This document shows, piece after piece, positions 44,201 to 52,742 of a stretch of DNA of 64,000 nucleotides. Both the position numbers and the translations under genes were made by a program. The stretch comes from a virus (Duplodnaviria > Heunggongvirae > Uroviricota > Caudoviricetes), in the IMG/VR virus record IMGVR_UViG_3300044984_001938, one strand, 5' to 3'. Under the pieces are notes generated by a model, which was not told where the DNA came from, ran no database searches, and saw only the letters and a program-made list of their open reading frames with translations. How positions within the stretch are numbered: the first letter of the stretch is position 1; each line of letters begins with the position of its first letter.

Positions 44201-44828
44201 TCCAAACATTACTAGAAGTTTTGTAATAATATTGTTGATATGCTGAATCAGCTTCAACCGTAGCATTAATTGCATAATCACCAATATTACCTAAACTAGC
44301 AATAGGTTCACCATTGGTTAAATATGCCTGGTCTGTTATAACGATTGGAGTTTTTGCTGTAAATTGTCCGGTTGTTGCATTGAACTGGAAGATACCCCAT
44401 GTAGAAGTAGTTGTATCTAACCAATATGCACCATTTGCCGGTGCACCTGAAGGACGACCAACTGAACCTACTAGACTTGCTAGATCAATATCAGCACGTA
44501 ATGTATATACCCGATTGGTTGTGCCTAATGCGGAATAAGCCGCTAATAACCCGTATTCGTTTAATTCGTAACCTTGGATAGGTGTTCCTGCTGTTGTTGT
44601 ATAAAAGAACGGTACACCATAAAAATCTACCAAATCTTTTTGACTTGTAATTTGATATAATTTACCTCCATTTGCCGCTGTAGTACCGGCTGCGACACCT
44701 GTACCAGAAGGGTTTGCTTTATTCTGTGCTGTTGCGAAAACTACCAACGGCACGGTGGCGCCTGGTGCAGGTAGATATTGACTTTGGTCAATGATAGTGA
44801 CTTCGACGCCCGGTGAGGTTAATGACAT
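41244..44828 (-). CDS. Contractile tail sheath protein (T4 gp18-like) with large insertion
   Basis: MSLTSPGVEVTIIDQS; C-terminal WLAAAGTRRG, INPL, DRTNVARL, FVFEPND, VICDESNNTPARIDRNEL..IEPVKAAEFIY. Confidence 0.95.
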   Translation of the reverse strand: MSLTSPGVEVTIIDQSQYLPAPGATVPLVVFATAQNKANPSGTGVAAGTTAANGGKLYQITSQKDLVDFYGVPFFYTTTAGTPIQGYELNEYGLLAAYSALGTTNRVYTLRADIDLASLVGSVGRPSGAPANGAYWLDTTTSTWGIFQFNATTGQFTAKTPIVITDQAYLTNGEPIASLGNIGDYAINATVEADSAYQQYYYKTSSNVWTTLGSRTWRGQWPTVQGTNSNPTLTATDTLIISLSGVWSTTVAVPASPFNTVQGVANAINSLGYSYITAEVVSGKLVLLSTQPSTTGNQYLGITGTGTVLADVGLTAQNYYQPQVVYGTSAEMPLWSSSQTYPHPTGSVWIKASNAGLGLTPVVSEYNAVTGSFVAKSVTLATNNWSADATIDATGGQAIPVGTVYAQYDWSYPFKNSTFPIYLWERAATGPTVATGSETAFTIALPYTLSTATITVQTSIPNSTSLSSQYTVTIPNNCTPLQFVTNWLAAAIPYTTALLTTDDAVQLVHTQGGEIVMNDRISTAGANQGRSATILTQAGFDAQITPFVQYDGPLSGASVDFNGIATTGGAGSGLTVNANIQSGFLYGIIGTGVASGGTGYAVGNTITVSGALLGGATPANDLLLKVVSVSSGVVTAVTYYSGVSSLKTSIQVSNWIPLVFTANEGAPVAAPAQGTNWFWSVIDQVDIMVQSGGQWNGYKNINYDSTGFPTPTGSNTTDPAGPIIAATAPTTQSDTTALVYGDLWIDTSDLELYPIISRWEFDTTSMTDMWVLLDNADQTSSKGVVFADARWATNDNTNVVDDPIPSIVSLLASDYVDLDVPDAALYPTGMLLFNTRRSGYNVKSYQANYFNGINFPDQTLPVETATWLSESGLQSNGAPYMGRQAQRNMVVISLRSAMDTNNDIRDEDNFFNLMATPGYPELQPNMVVLNADRGDTGYILGDTPMRLPSDATSIQAWATNAAGATSTGEAGCVTRNTYLGLFYPSGITSDLSGNLVAVPASHMMLRTFIRNDTVAYPWLAAAGTRRGNIDNATNIGYIDSATGEFITTKTRIGIRDVLYINFINPLVFFTGIGLLNYGNKTSFNSSSALDRTNVARLIAYVRRQLTLAARPFVFEPNDALTRQQIQGVIQTLMVDLVAKRGIYDYLVICDESNNTPARIDRNELWVDVAIEPVKAAEFIYIPVRVLNTGEIAGI

Positions 44829-44923
44829 TTTATTTTTCCTTTAGTAAAATTCTGAGGTTTACAACCTAATTGCATACTATTATTTAGCAAAAAATTTAAA
44901 AAATAACAAATTGCTTGCATTTT

Positions 44924-44931
44924 TATAAATA
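44924..44931 (+). promoter_or_regulatory. T4-type late promoter
   Basis: Exact TATAAATA about 30 nt upstream of the 44963 ATG. Confidence 0.65.
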
Positions 44932-44962
44932 AGCATATCTTCAAAGGTATTTAGGAAATTAC

Positions 44963-45907
44963 ATGAATATAAAAAGTACTGTTATCTATTGGATACATCT
45001 ACCGGAACACACTAATGCAGCTACCGACGGATATGTTGGAGTCTCTAAAGATTATGCCCGTAGGTTAAAAGGACATTTGAATGACATTAATAACAAGAAA
45101 CATAAAAATCCACATCTAATACATGCAGTTAGGAAATATGGATGGGACAATCTAATCAAAGATGTTATCTTATGCGGTGAAGAATCTTATTGCTATGAAA
45201 TGGAAGAAATACTAAGACCAAAAAAAGCAACTGGATGGAACATTGCTCCCGGTGGACATAGAGGACCAGGTTGGACAAAAGGCAGACCTAAAAGTAAAGA
45301 ATCCATCCAAAAACAAAAAGCGTCAATTGCACCTTTCAATGAAGCAAAACGACTTGAAAGAAACAAAAAAAGAGAAGAAAGATTGCATCAACGAGAACTA
45401 AACCGGCTATCCAAAATTCGTCAACTGGAAGAAAAAAATAAGGTCAAAGAAATTAAAAAATTAGAAAATGAAGAAAAAATAAAAAGGCGGGTCGGCGAGC
45501 GTGATAGAAGAAAACAAAAAGCAATAGACAACGGCACATACGGTTCAAAACCCAATTACAATAATCGGCCATTCTGCAATAAATGTAACAAGAATCACGC
45601 AGCAGTGAACTATAAACGTGCCGGTGTTACACATTACAGAAGCATATGTGATGAATGTAGTAGGAAGAAGCAGAAGCAAAAACCACAAAAAGCCAATTGG
45701 ACTAAGAGTGGTTATAAGAAAAAAGCCACATGTGATTTATGTGGCTTTAAGAGTTTATTCGTTACACAAATAACAGTATTTCATGTTGATGGGCACTTGG
45801 ATCACAATGAACAAACTAATCTACGCAGCATTTGCTTAAACTGCATAGAAGTTGTGAAAAAGAAAGAGATTACTTGGAGACGGGGAGACCTTGAGATTGA
45901 CTATTGA
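44963..45907 (+). CDS. GIY-YIG-like homing endonuclease fused to a C-terminal Zn-finger/HNH-like domain
   Basis: VIYWI..DGYVGVS..RRLKGH and GWNIAPGG at the N-terminus; CxxC pairs and FHVDG..N..NLRSICLNC at the C-terminus. Confidence 0.65.
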   Translation: MNIKSTVIYWIHLPEHTNAATDGYVGVSKDYARRLKGHLNDINNKKHKNPHLIHAVRKYGWDNLIKDVILCGEESYCYEMEEILRPKKATGWNIAPGGHRGPGWTKGRPKSKESIQKQKASIAPFNEAKRLERNKKREERLHQRELNRLSKIRQLEEKNKVKEIKKLENEEKIKRRVGERDRRKQKAIDNGTYGSKPNYNNRPFCNKCNKNHAAVNYKRAGVTHYRSICDECSRKKQKQKPQKANWTKSGYKKKATCDLCGFKSLFVTQITVFHVDGHLDHNEQTNLRSICLNCIEVVKKKEITWRRGDLEIDY

Positions 45908-46532
45908 TAATAGTATGAATCTTGGTATGTAACTCATCAATTGTTCCATTATTTTCAACAACATAATCATATTTTAATCCTATGCTGCTGTACTCACTAG
46001 CATGAATTTTTAGTTTGTCTAACTTCATTTTACTTAGTGCCCAATATGAATTACCATCTGGTCCTCTATTATATGCAATTGCAGCATCATACCATTCAGG
46101 ATTTGGTCCACGCTGTACTCTAATAGCTATTCCACCTGCATTTTTAATAGCAGCAACTTCATTGTCAAACCTACAGTCTGTGATTACAACATCTTCTTTA
46201 GAGTTTAAGAGTTTGTGTTCTACACTTGCTACCCAGATGGCATTATGAAAATGGTTACGACATACATCTGTTCCCCAATACTGTAGAATCCATCTTGGAG
46301 TAATGTTCATACCTAGACGATTACTCCACCATTCATCTTTTTTCTCCCTCCATGCTCTGCTGGCTTTTGTTGTGCCTTCTAGATACTCACGATTCCATCC
46401 AAAAACTGCTGCTACTGCATCTTTAAGACTAGCAGCAAAGCTGACTCGTTTGAAACCATGCTGTGTGGTGAGATAATCTGCAATGGTGTCTTTGCCAGAT
46501 CCTATCAATCCGGTGATCCCCAAAATAATCAT
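45870..46532 (-). CDS. Deoxynucleoside monophosphate kinase (T4 gp1-like)
   Basis: GITGLIGSGKDT, FAASLKD, TPRWILQYWGT, VITDCRFDNE, HASE. Confidence 0.9.
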   Translation of the reverse strand: MIILGITGLIGSGKDTIADYLTTQHGFKRVSFAASLKDAVAAVFGWNREYLEGTTKASRAWREKKDEWWSNRLGMNITPRWILQYWGTDVCRNHFHNAIWVASVEHKLLNSKEDVVITDCRFDNEVAAIKNAGGIAIRVQRGPNPEWYDAAIAYNRGPDGNSYWALSKMKLDKLKIHASEYSSIGLKYDYVVENNGTIDELHTKIHTIINSQSQGLPVSK

Positions 46533-46599
46533 ATGTGAAATGCTCCTATATTACTTATTATATTACAGGAGTATGAAAAAGAAAACTGTTTAGGTTATC

Positions 46600-47397
46600 C
46601 TAACCTTGGACCCACGTTAAGGGAAAAGAAAAATCCACATACTTCTTCAAATCTTCAATGAGTAATTCCATTGCTGCTTTACCTTCTGCTTTCATAGCAG
46701 TACCGTTCAATGATGTGCCACCACCCGGACCAGCAATAGTTCCAAATTTTTCACGGGCTTCTCCGATCATAAGTTTAAGATTAGCTAAAACAAAGTCACC
46801 GATCCATACTCCAGCACCCGGGTCTTGCAGTAATATTTCTTCTGTCTTTTGTACATCGGCCCATATCAATACATGTTCCCCTGATCCTTTTGGATCTCGC
46901 ACAATACGCAATACTTTGGACACTGGATTAAATGTATATGTTACATAACCACCAAACATTCTTGCTGCTAATTTAACATACCCTGCATAGAAATCATATG
47001 TTGCCATACCACCGGCATAGTTATAGTTAAGTAAGTATGTATTCAAAATAGCACTGGAGAAAGGATCAAAACTACTACTTGACGGGCCTGTTTCTAAACC
47101 AATTGATCTACGGAAAATACTTCTAACATTGATAAACTCTGCGGGAAGAGTATATGTATCTACATTTTTCTCAATAGTCATCAATATGTACGATTCCTCA
47201 GTGGCTGCTTGTGCCCTTTGACGATATATCTTTATGGCATAGGTGTATGCTGCTTCATAATGCTGCGGGTCTAATTCAAGGTCAATCATACCATCACCTA
47301 AACGATATCTTAAATTAGTGAATAATAACTCTTTTAATTCATCTAGGTTTAATCCAGTTGGTGTAGAAAGAACTGATGCTGTTGGATATGTTGACAT
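46600..47397 (-). CDS. Neck / head-tail adaptor protein (T4 gp13-like)
   Basis: RLGDGMIDLEL, IGEAREKF..IAGPGGGTSLNG..MKAEG. Confidence 0.8.
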   Translation of the reverse strand: MSTYPTASVLSTPTGLNLDELKELLFTNLRYRLGDGMIDLELDPQHYEAAYTYAIKIYRQRAQAATEESYILMTIEKNVDTYTLPAEFINVRSIFRRSIGLETGPSSSSFDPFSSAILNTYLLNYNYAGGMATYDFYAGYVKLAARMFGGYVTYTFNPVSKVLRIVRDPKGSGEHVLIWADVQKTEEILLQDPGAGVWIGDFVLANLKLMIGEAREKFGTIAGPGGGTSLNGTAMKAEGKAAMELLIEDLKKYVDFSFPLTWVQG

Positions 47398-47459
47398 ATA
47401 TGTTACCTAATAAGTGTATTTATCTGGGTATTACTGATTTGTTTATTCTATTTCTAGGC

Positions 47460-47865
47460 AAAGGCGAGTAGATATAAAATACCTACTCGCCAAAAAGGTG
47501 TCTATTCCTGAGGCCCTTACGGGAGTGCGATGATGAATTCAAAAATTACAGTGGAGGATTGTCTATGTCTCACTAACCCGTAAAGGGATTTTGCCGTATT
47601 CGCTGTGTGTTAAATCTTCAATTCATCAGGTAGATTTAACCAGCCCGCGCCCTCTATCGCTATCACTATGACGCGGCAATGCTTATAGTAGATTACTCTA
47701 TCTCAACCAGTAAGGTACAGGAAACGTGAACTGCTAGTGAGCAGGCGTTTAGGCATCCCGAAGGGTAGTCCTGTAAATTGGATGTTGGCATTCATCTTAA
47801 CTACCGTCACCGCATGGATTGTGGACGGATTAATGGCACACTTCAAGGCGGCGCTGCCTATAAGC
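47460..47865 (-). ncRNA. Candidate large structured non-coding RNA (~400 nt)
   Basis: Only long intergenic gap in the window, GC-enriched, multiple stems, C(UUCG)G and C(GUAA)G loops, 9-bp loop-distal pairing, ends in a 9-bp hairpin. Confidence 0.6.
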
Positions 47866-47874
47866 CAATAATGA

Positions 47875-47896
47875 AAGTAGGGCTACTGCCCTACTT
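47875..47896 (-). terminator. Hairpin/terminator after mazG
   Basis: AAGTAGGGC-AGTA-GCCCTACTT followed by T-rich tract. Confidence 0.65.
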
Positions 47897-47897
47897 A

Positions 47898-48338
47898 TTA
47901 AATATCATTAGCTTTACGATTCTCGCTATACAATGCGTCAAACTTTCCACCGGGGTAGCGTGACTCTAGTTTGCGTACATTCTCTGCAATTACTTCATTA
48001 GGATCAAGTTTCAATGCACGACATGCATTTATCCAGTACCACATAATGTCACCGAGTTCACGTTTCATATGGAAGACATTTTCATCAGTGAGGGGTTTAC
48101 CCTGAAAAATGATCTTCTTGGGCACTTCAATAAATTCACCACTTTCTGCGGCTAATCCCAAACATGCAGTAAGTAGCAACGGGATGTTAACATCAGGACC
48201 GTGCTTCATCTCACCGTCAACTAATTCGTAATTAGCATCAAGCCGATCACATGTATCCATAAATGTAGTCAAGTCATTGCTTGCTTTGCTTGTTACAGCT
48301 TCTACGAAATCTTTGTATTTGTTTAAATCTATATTCAT
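47898..48338 (-). CDS. mazG: MazG-like NTP pyrophosphohydrolase
   Basis: LGLAAESGEF, ELGDIMWY, NVRKLESRYP; TAATG coupling gives start at 48338. Confidence 0.85.
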   Translation of the reverse strand: MNIDLNKYKDFVEAVTSKASNDLTTFMDTCDRLDANYELVDGEMKHGPDVNIPLLLTACLGLAAESGEFIEVPKKIIFQGKPLTDENVFHMKRELGDIMWYWINACRALKLDPNEVIAENVRKLESRYPGGKFDALYSENRKANDI

Positions 48339-49504
48339 TACCATGCTTTCAAAATTATCATTGACTCATTAAACCTGCCATTCGGCGTAGAGGCTACTGC
48401 TTTAATATCTGTGAAATATTTTCGTGCAGCCGGCTTGCTCCCCATAACTTCTTTAAGTTGTTCCCCTGGTTTGCGTAGTGTTTTGACTTCGCTCTTTGCT
48501 GAATCAAATCCTAGCAGTGTACTACCCTTAACAGTAAACACCTTGCTATACTCATCAGCAATGTAGTGATGAAGGCGCCGCTTTGCAGTATCATAGGCCC
48601 ACGCTTCACTTGCACCATGCAACTTTGTAGGGTGAATGCTAATCAAGTCTAGCTTTGCAGCCGCATCCTTGAACACCTTCAAGTATTTCAATTTAGCAAC
48701 AATCTTTTCAACAGGTACAGCCTTCTTCTTGCGAGGAGCCTTGCTTGCTTTCTTAATGCTAATGTAGCTGTTCAAGTCACTGAGAACCCCATCAATGAAT
48801 TTGAGAATGTTACGAATCTGAACCTTACCTAGAAACCTGTAACCCTCTTTAAGATACTCGTCACCGTCAGAAAGTTTCTGAAATTCAGCTTGTTTGCGTT
48901 TCCAGATTTCAACAATGATTGGGATATGCTGTGGCATAACATTATATTTTGCCACGATATCAACTGTCTTTTCTGTTGCTTTACCTTTAGTAACAAAATC
49001 GTCAATCATCCCTTCCATTTCACCTGCTGCTTCTCCCGCCTTTTCTTTTAGAATTTCCTGAATATTGGGGCGTGTTGCTACTACAGTTTCCTTAGCAATA
49101 CTAGTTTGACTAGTTTTCACTTCTGTTTCGGTTAGTGTCTTGATCAGTCGTTTGATGTCATTTTGCAAGGCAAGTTCTTCATGCTCAGTCAATTCTAGCC
49201 CGCGCATTGTCATTCGTGCTATCCAGCACAATGTCAGAATGAATTCACTTTCATGCACTTTCCTAAGCAATTTGGCTTCATCAGGGCGTTTATTGTAATC
49301 TAGATATTGTGCCATCAAATCCCTAGCATCTTTTTTGCTATAGAATCGGGTGTACCAAGTAAAGCTGCGGGCAAGAGCCGAGAATCGTGCTTCGGTATTA
49401 GGTTGAAGTGGGAAGAAAGGTTCTTCACCCATATATTTTGTATCAGCATCACGTGGGTTGAGTGCTTTTACAAAATGCTCATCCGTATGTTTGCGTGTAG
49501 CCAT
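48338..49504 (-). CDS. Hypothetical early protein (388 aa)
   Basis: Long ORF directly behind a perfect sigma70 promoter. Confidence 0.65.
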   Translation of the reverse strand: MATRKHTDEHFVKALNPRDADTKYMGEEPFFPLQPNTEARFSALARSFTWYTRFYSKKDARDLMAQYLDYNKRPDEAKLLRKVHESEFILTLCWIARMTMRGLELTEHEELALQNDIKRLIKTLTETEVKTSQTSIAKETVVATRPNIQEILKEKAGEAAGEMEGMIDDFVTKGKATEKTVDIVAKYNVMPQHIPIIVEIWKRKQAEFQKLSDGDEYLKEGYRFLGKVQIRNILKFIDGVLSDLNSYISIKKASKAPRKKKAVPVEKIVAKLKYLKVFKDAAAKLDLISIHPTKLHGASEAWAYDTAKRRLHHYIADEYSKVFTVKGSTLLGFDSAKSEVKTLRKPGEQLKEVMGSKPAARKYFTDIKAVASTPNGRFNESMIILKAW

Positions 49505-49531
49505 GTTGATTCCTATCTTTGTCTAAAGTAG

Positions 49532-49560
49532 ATTATAACAGTGATTGCACTTAATGTCAA
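49532..49560 (-). promoter_or_regulatory. Sigma70 early promoter
   Basis: TTGACA-17-TATAAT. Confidence 0.9.
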
Positions 49561-49568
49561 AACTTATT

Positions 49569-49841
49569 TTACCGCCCTGCACTAATCACCATACGGGTTT
49601 CTTTGTCATCCTCGTCAGAGAACTCAGGTTCCTTGGAAATACATTGTTCCACATCCTGCAAGATACGCCGTAGTTCGCCAATGTTGATTCCTAACATCTG
49701 AATCATCATTTCTTTTACACCTTTAGGGTAAGGATTTACTGATGGATTCTGGTATGTGTCCAACAGCAATTCCTTGCCCATGATTGTGTTACGCAGATTA
49801 GATGCTACGGTTTGGAAACAGTTCATCATATTGTCCTTCAA
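49569..49841 (-). CDS. Small early hypothetical protein
   Basis: 90 aa; ATGA overlap with the upstream ORF. Confidence 0.6.
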   Translation of the reverse strand: MKDNMMNCFQTVASNLRNTIMGKELLLDTYQNPSVNPYPKGVKEMMIQMLGINIGELRRILQDVEQCISKEPEFSDEDDKETRMVISAGR

Positions 49842-50044
49842 GCCACAGTAGCAAAATCTTCCGGAGTTTCTACCACTTCAACTACTTGAGATTTGAAACG
49901 CTCCAATGCATCATAATATTCAGCAGAGAAATTGGTATTTTTGCCAGCAACTTCCAGTTGATACTGATAGTTGCCAGTACGCCACAGAACTACCCGCTCA
50001 CGGTTCTTGTTGTAACCATCTGCGATATACTGAATTTGATTCAT
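49838..50044 (-). CDS. Small early hypothetical protein
   Basis: 68 aa; AAGGA RBS; own promoter. Confidence 0.65.
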   Translation of the reverse strand: MNQIQYIADGYNKNRERVVLWRTGNYQYQLEVAGKNTNFSAEYYDALERFKSQVVEVVETPEDFATVA

Positions 50045-50077
50045 TGCGTTGTCCTTTAATTAACTGTCTAAGTATGT

Positions 50078-50106
50078 ATTATACACCCAAAACTATTTAA
50101 TGTCAA
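50078..50106 (-). promoter_or_regulatory. Sigma70 early promoter
   Basis: TTGACA-17-TATAAT. Confidence 0.9.
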
Positions 50107-50117
50107 CCTGCTTAATC

Positions 50118-50267
50118 TTAGTAATCTTCGGGATGACCTTGATCAGGACCGCGATAGTGCGGGTTGGGTACCCATGAATCGTAGTCTGTCAGTAGCCATT
50201 GCTGATCCGGGCGTTCCTCGCCCACGATCCAAGCCCATTCGCGGATTGCTTGTTGAATATAAGACAT
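50118..50267 (-). CDS. Small early protein (49 aa), not in ORF track
   Basis: MSYIQQAIREWAWIVGEERPDQQWLLTDYDSWVPNPHYRGPDQGHPEDY*; fills the gap between two promoters. Confidence 0.7.
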   Translation of the reverse strand: MSYIQQAIREWAWIVGEERPDQQWLLTDYDSWVPNPHYRGPDQGHPEDY

Positions 50268-50297
50268 TTTTGTTCCGTTTTGCGAGTTGATAAGAGT

Positions 50298-50326
50298 ATT
50301 ATATACCCAAAATCATTTAATGTCAA
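50298..50326 (-). promoter_or_regulatory. Sigma70 early promoter
   Basis: TTGACA-17-TATAAT. Confidence 0.9.
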
Positions 50327-50580
50327 CCTAATTCGTAGATACAAATGCTAGGATCCAGTTTTTTCAACTGAGTTGCTGCGGCCATCAATTGTTTGAATCG
50401 TGCGTTAACTTGGGTGCGGCTCAGTTCGCCATCGCAGGACAAGTTCTCTGGGCTCAAGTCAGCATCAAGGCTGTTGGCAATGCCCTGCCGACCCTTAGCA
50501 GTTTCAAACTCATATTCTTTGCCTTTGAACAATCGGTTCCATTTGTTCTTTTGGTCAATGTATGCTTGTAATGCTGACAT
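50323..50580 (-). CDS. Small early hypothetical protein
   Basis: 85 aa; GGAG RBS; contains LSPENLSCDGE motif. Confidence 0.7.
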   Translation of the reverse strand: MSALQAYIDQKNKWNRLFKGKEYEFETAKGRQGIANSLDADLSPENLSCDGELSRTQVNARFKQLMAAATQLKKLDPSICIYELG

Positions 50581-50613
50581 AATTTACTCCGTTTGTTTAC
50601 TGTCTAAGATTCT

Positions 50614-50642
50614 ATTATAGCACCAAAACCATTTAATGTCAA
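50614..50642 (-). promoter_or_regulatory. Sigma70 early promoter
   Basis: TTGACA-17-TATAAT; part of a 47-bp exact repeat also at 50903-50949. Confidence 0.9.
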
Positions 50643-50660
50643 ATTTAGAGTATACTACTT

Positions 50661-50888
50661 TTAGTTTACCTTTTCGGTAACTGTCTTGTTGAAACGCAAA
50701 TAACATACATCATGCGATTTACTAAATGCGGTCCCGGATCCGGTCATTGATCGGCTGTTTTCTACAAGAGTAGCACGACCCTCACTGACCATCTTGAGTG
50801 CTAGCTTATTCCACTTAGCACCTTCAACTGTGCGGCAACGCCCATTAGCATCCATCATGTCTACTAGATCAAAAGTAAAACTACGCAT
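50661..50888 (-). CDS. Small early hypothetical protein
   Basis: 75 aa; AGGA RBS; own promoter. Confidence 0.65.
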   Translation of the reverse strand: MRSFTFDLVDMMDANGRCRTVEGAKWNKLALKMVSEGRATLVENSRSMTGSGTAFSKSHDVCYLRFNKTVTEKVN

Positions 50889-50920
50889 TTTGTTTCCTAT
50901 TCTTTACTGTCTAAGATTCT

Positions 50921-50949
50921 ATTATAGCACCAAAACCATTTAATGTCAA
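50921..50949 (-). promoter_or_regulatory. Sigma70 early promoter
   Basis: TTGACA-17-TATAAT. Confidence 0.9.
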
Positions 50950-51008
50950 GTTTTGGTAATACCCCGTCATCTATATTTACGATAAATAAGTAATAAAGTG
51001 AATTAATT

Positions 51009-52733
51009 ATGCCTAGATTAAGCCTTTGGCGCCCCAATAAAACGAACGACTACAACTTTTTTGATAGAACGATATCAGAACAGTTCACCGCAGGTGCCAC
51101 GGATTTGTATGTTCATAAATACCTAGGCCCTACCAATCAGGGCACTTCAACTGATTATACACAACCAAACTATGATGTATTAAGCCCCACTAACATTCAA
51201 GACTTGTTATTTCTAGAGAATCGTGACAGAACATACGACCCAAATGTTTACCGTGTGCGTGGTCACTATAATGTACAGAATTTAGACTTTGATTTGAGTC
51301 AGTTTGGATTATTCTTAAACAATGATATCATATTCATTACGGTTCATTATAATGATATGATTGATTTAGTTGGTAGAAAATTGATGGTAGGCGATGTGAT
51401 TGAGTTACCGCACTTGCTTGATTATAATCCGTTAAAAGAAACTATACCAACCGCATTGAAGCGATTCATGCAGGTTACCGATGCAAACTATGCAAGTGAA
51501 GGTTTCAGCCCAACTTGGTTCCCTCATATATGGCGTATAAAGTGTGAACCACTAGTTGATAGTGAAGAATTTAGTCAGATATTAACTGCTCCGATAGACC
51601 AAGATACTTACTTGGGTATTTGGGATATTGCCAGTCCGTACCCTGCAGGATATGTTATTACTTACGGTGACAAAAATTATACGGCATTGATTGATGTTCC
51701 TGCAGGGATTACCCCACCTAATACTACATATTGGCAACTGGATACAGCAGATAATCTCAAAGATATTCTTGCTACTTACAATACCAACATTGCAATCAAT
51801 AATGCTGCACTTCAAGAAGCTGCCAGGCTTGTTCCAAAATCAGGCTACAATAGTAATAATTTGTATATTGTACCTACATACGGGGAATATTCAAGTAACG
51901 GTGTATTATCCAGAGCAATTAACAATCCTGCTCCGCCTATCAATGTAAACACAAATGGCGGAGTACCTAATCCTGCTTATACAGGTACAGTGATGATGGT
52001 GAGTAGTAGCCTATATAAAAATGCAAGTCCAGTAATCAGAATACCTAAGGCAGCAATAAAAAGTATTTGGGATATGACTGCTGACATGGGGTATGATAAA
52101 TTAGAGGTATTCAATACCACTCATTTAGAAACATTCACACTAGCACCAGAAAGAACAGATACAAATTCAGGTAGAGTTAGTGGTGAAATAGTACTAACTG
52201 TTACTAGTAGCGGACCAAGCACGGGGCCATATGGCACCGCGGATAATACATACGCCACTGCTGATGCTAACCCTGAACTTCCGGGATTTACCGGAACAAT
52301 TAGTCAACAAATGGATTGGAGAGCAGATTGTGATCCTGCATTTCAATTTATTTCTCGTAGTAGTCCACGTAGTTTTGGTTATAGTGCCGGTTATATGACA
52401 GGTGATGGGACCGCTCCTAATGGAGTCTCAGATGGTGCTTCTATTTCCGGTGCTGGCATCAGTTTCCCAACAAGTCCCCAAGTAGGTGATTATTTCTTAC
52501 GAATTGATTACTTCCCACAACTATTATATCGTTGGGACGGTAGAGTATGGGTTAGAATATCATCTAATATAAGAACAGATACGGGATTCACTGCACAAGA
52601 TCAATCGTTGTTATCAGGTTTCATCAATGATACCGCACAGACAAAACTTACTGACGGTACATATGTTCCGCAACGCCAAGCATTGTCTACTGCCCTAGCA
52701 TTACAACCAGATCCAATTCCCCCACAACCTTAA
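51009..52733 (+). CDS. Neck protein (T4 gp14-like) with inserted carbohydrate-binding-like module
   Basis: QDLLFLENRDR, DLSQFGLFL, GDVIELPH, PHIWRIKC; WDIASPYPAGYVITY...YW resembles a CBM5/12-type repeat; GATAAATA at 50981. Confidence 0.65.
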   Translation: MPRLSLWRPNKTNDYNFFDRTISEQFTAGATDLYVHKYLGPTNQGTSTDYTQPNYDVLSPTNIQDLLFLENRDRTYDPNVYRVRGHYNVQNLDFDLSQFGLFLNNDIIFITVHYNDMIDLVGRKLMVGDVIELPHLLDYNPLKETIPTALKRFMQVTDANYASEGFSPTWFPHIWRIKCEPLVDSEEFSQILTAPIDQDTYLGIWDIASPYPAGYVITYGDKNYTALIDVPAGITPPNTTYWQLDTADNLKDILATYNTNIAINNAALQEAARLVPKSGYNSNNLYIVPTYGEYSSNGVLSRAINNPAPPINVNTNGGVPNPAYTGTVMMVSSSLYKNASPVIRIPKAAIKSIWDMTADMGYDKLEVFNTTHLETFTLAPERTDTNSGRVSGEIVLTVTSSGPSTGPYGTADNTYATADANPELPGFTGTISQQMDWRADCDPAFQFISRSSPRSFGYSAGYMTGDGTAPNGVSDGASISGAGISFPTSPQVGDYFLRIDYFPQLLYRWDGRVWVRISSNIRTDTGFTAQDQSLLSGFINDTAQTKLTDGTYVPQRQALSTALALQPDPIPPQP

Positions 52734-52742
52734 GGTATTTAC

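Noticed and set aside
47618-47631. CUGAUGA as a hammerhead ribozyme core
   Set aside because: It sits in a 14-nt hairpin loop without stem II and GAAA; better explained as a pseudoknot strand.
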